From Octopus sinensis (Eukaryota), in NCBI RefSeq assembly GCF_006345805.1, contig NC_043010.1, forward strand, positions 58,776,001 to 58,840,000: DNA of 64,000 nt, given 5' to 3'. Made by a program: the position numbers and the translations under genes. Under the pieces are notes generated by a model. It saw only the letters and a list, made by a program, of their open reading frames with translations, was not told where the DNA came from and did no database searches. Positions 62,546 to 64,000 of this stretch are shown piece by piece; the stretch's first letter is position 1, and each line of letters opens with the position of its first letter.

Positions 62546-64000
62546 TACTCAGTCACAGCATATGCAGACCACCACAAGGCCAACTTTTGTTGTGCTGGGG
62601 TGGTTTGTATGCTTCAGTGCTACTGATAGCCAAACCAGTAAAATGCAAACCACCAATAGGGTCTCCTTTGCAGGACAGGTCAAAAGAGTGGGGCCAGACT
62701 AATACGGACCACCTCTTCCCAGGGGTAAAAATGAGTTTGCATCCGGCTGACGCCCACCCACATAGAAAAAAGATAAAGTTACAGATGCATCGCTGATAAT
62801 CCCTCTCTTCTAATCCACTCATTTTCCCAGTCATTAACATTATACAGAAATCTGGGGTTCGGTTTCTCTTCCTGCACCCTTTTCTGTCATCCCTTCTTAT
62901 CCCCTCCCCCTTACACAATGTAACAAGGTATAACTTGGTGTTGCTTCCCATTGCAGTGATATTTCTCTACTGTTTTTTCCCATAATGCAACATTATGGTT
63001 TGGTTATGGCACCAGGACATACCCCACAAGATATCACTGACATGGCACCAGAACATGATCCAATGATCCCAAATCTCTGTACCTATGAGAATCAGCCATG
63101 TCACTCCACCGCACACCCTCATTCTGGTTAGGAATCGAAGAACATCTTAAACCATTCTTTGGAGGAACCACAACCTGGATGATACTTTTTGCTGTAATAT
63201 TTTCCATGATATTTTCCTTTACTCAGCCACCTCCCATGATACCAACGTATAGTGGTTTCCTAACCCTGATGCCTGAGTCAAACACTCCACCTTTTCAATA
63301 TACTATATTCTTCATATTTCAGCCATATTTGATATTGTCGTGAGGTAGCCATTTCCCTTGTGGGTTTCCCAGTTCCAGCTAAAGGTTCCTCATTGTCCCT
63401 CACATCACTTTCACAGTCACATGAAATATACATTTGTTATAGAAGTGGTTACAATTTTCATCTCATAAACATTGTGTCTGTACTTTAACACACACATAAA
63501 CACACACATGTTAACAAATATATAGAGAGATAAACACGCATACATGTGTTAGTGTGGAAGTTTCTTAATATAAATGCTGCTTTTTCCACAAGCTCAACAA
63601 AGAAACTATCAATATAGAAAAAGTTATCAAGAGTATAAGTAGACATATTCCTAAATTATCTTTTGTCTGAGACACCCTTTAGAATATTAATGCACCGATA
63701 AGATCTGATTTTAAAAGATATCACCTACATCAAACTCACACCTCTGACTAGGATTTATAAGACATGGATGTAGAAAAATCTTGTGGTTCAACCCAACATA
63801 TAGCATGAATGTAGCAACAAACACAGTTGAACTATTTATCACCCAAAGCAATACTCATGTCTCTCAATCACACAGCACAAACTATTCAGTAAAAACCCTG
63901 TAACAATTATAGTTGCCTCACCAATATAGGTTCACAGATATTTAGCCACAATTAATGTATGAGTAGAAGTCCATCTCACAGCAATTATATAACTGCAGAT

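Noticed and set aside
63000-63420. Possible decayed PLE or L1 C-terminal coding on the minus strand (ISWKILQQK)
   Set aside because: The motif fragments are in different frames and fit more than one family; not supportable by eye.

Overview
This is animal nuclear DNA with very high microsatellite content: (TA)n, (CA)n, (TACA)n, (AAT)n, (CAT)n, (AGT)n and (GGT)n. It is densely filled with transposon remnants. The repeat families resemble those I associate with octopus (coleoid cephalopod) genomes; that taxonomic call is an inference. No host protein-coding gene can be supported, and almost all of the ORF track is translated microsatellite. Recognisable elements are: R4/Dong-clade non-LTR retrotransposon 3' ends (restriction-like endonuclease domain) in (TAA)n tracts, RTE-clade LINE 3' ends, a decayed mariner transposase, several tRNA-headed SINE families, hAT-type MITEs, two Helentron-like non-autonomous copies, and five near-identical local tandem duplications that may be assembly artefacts. 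The most striking pattern is a series of fold-back (inverted-repeat) inserts with about 30-460 bp arms, mostly next to (TA)n or (AAT)n tracts. Several carry minimal type I hammerhead-ribozyme motifs of the kind found in Penelope-like element (PLE) termini: two have intact cores, one has a non-canonical core, and one sits on a tRNA-headed SINE. A CpG-rich region at 51.3-51.6 kb with divergent splice donors is the best candidate for a host promoter. All alignments and folds were done by eye.
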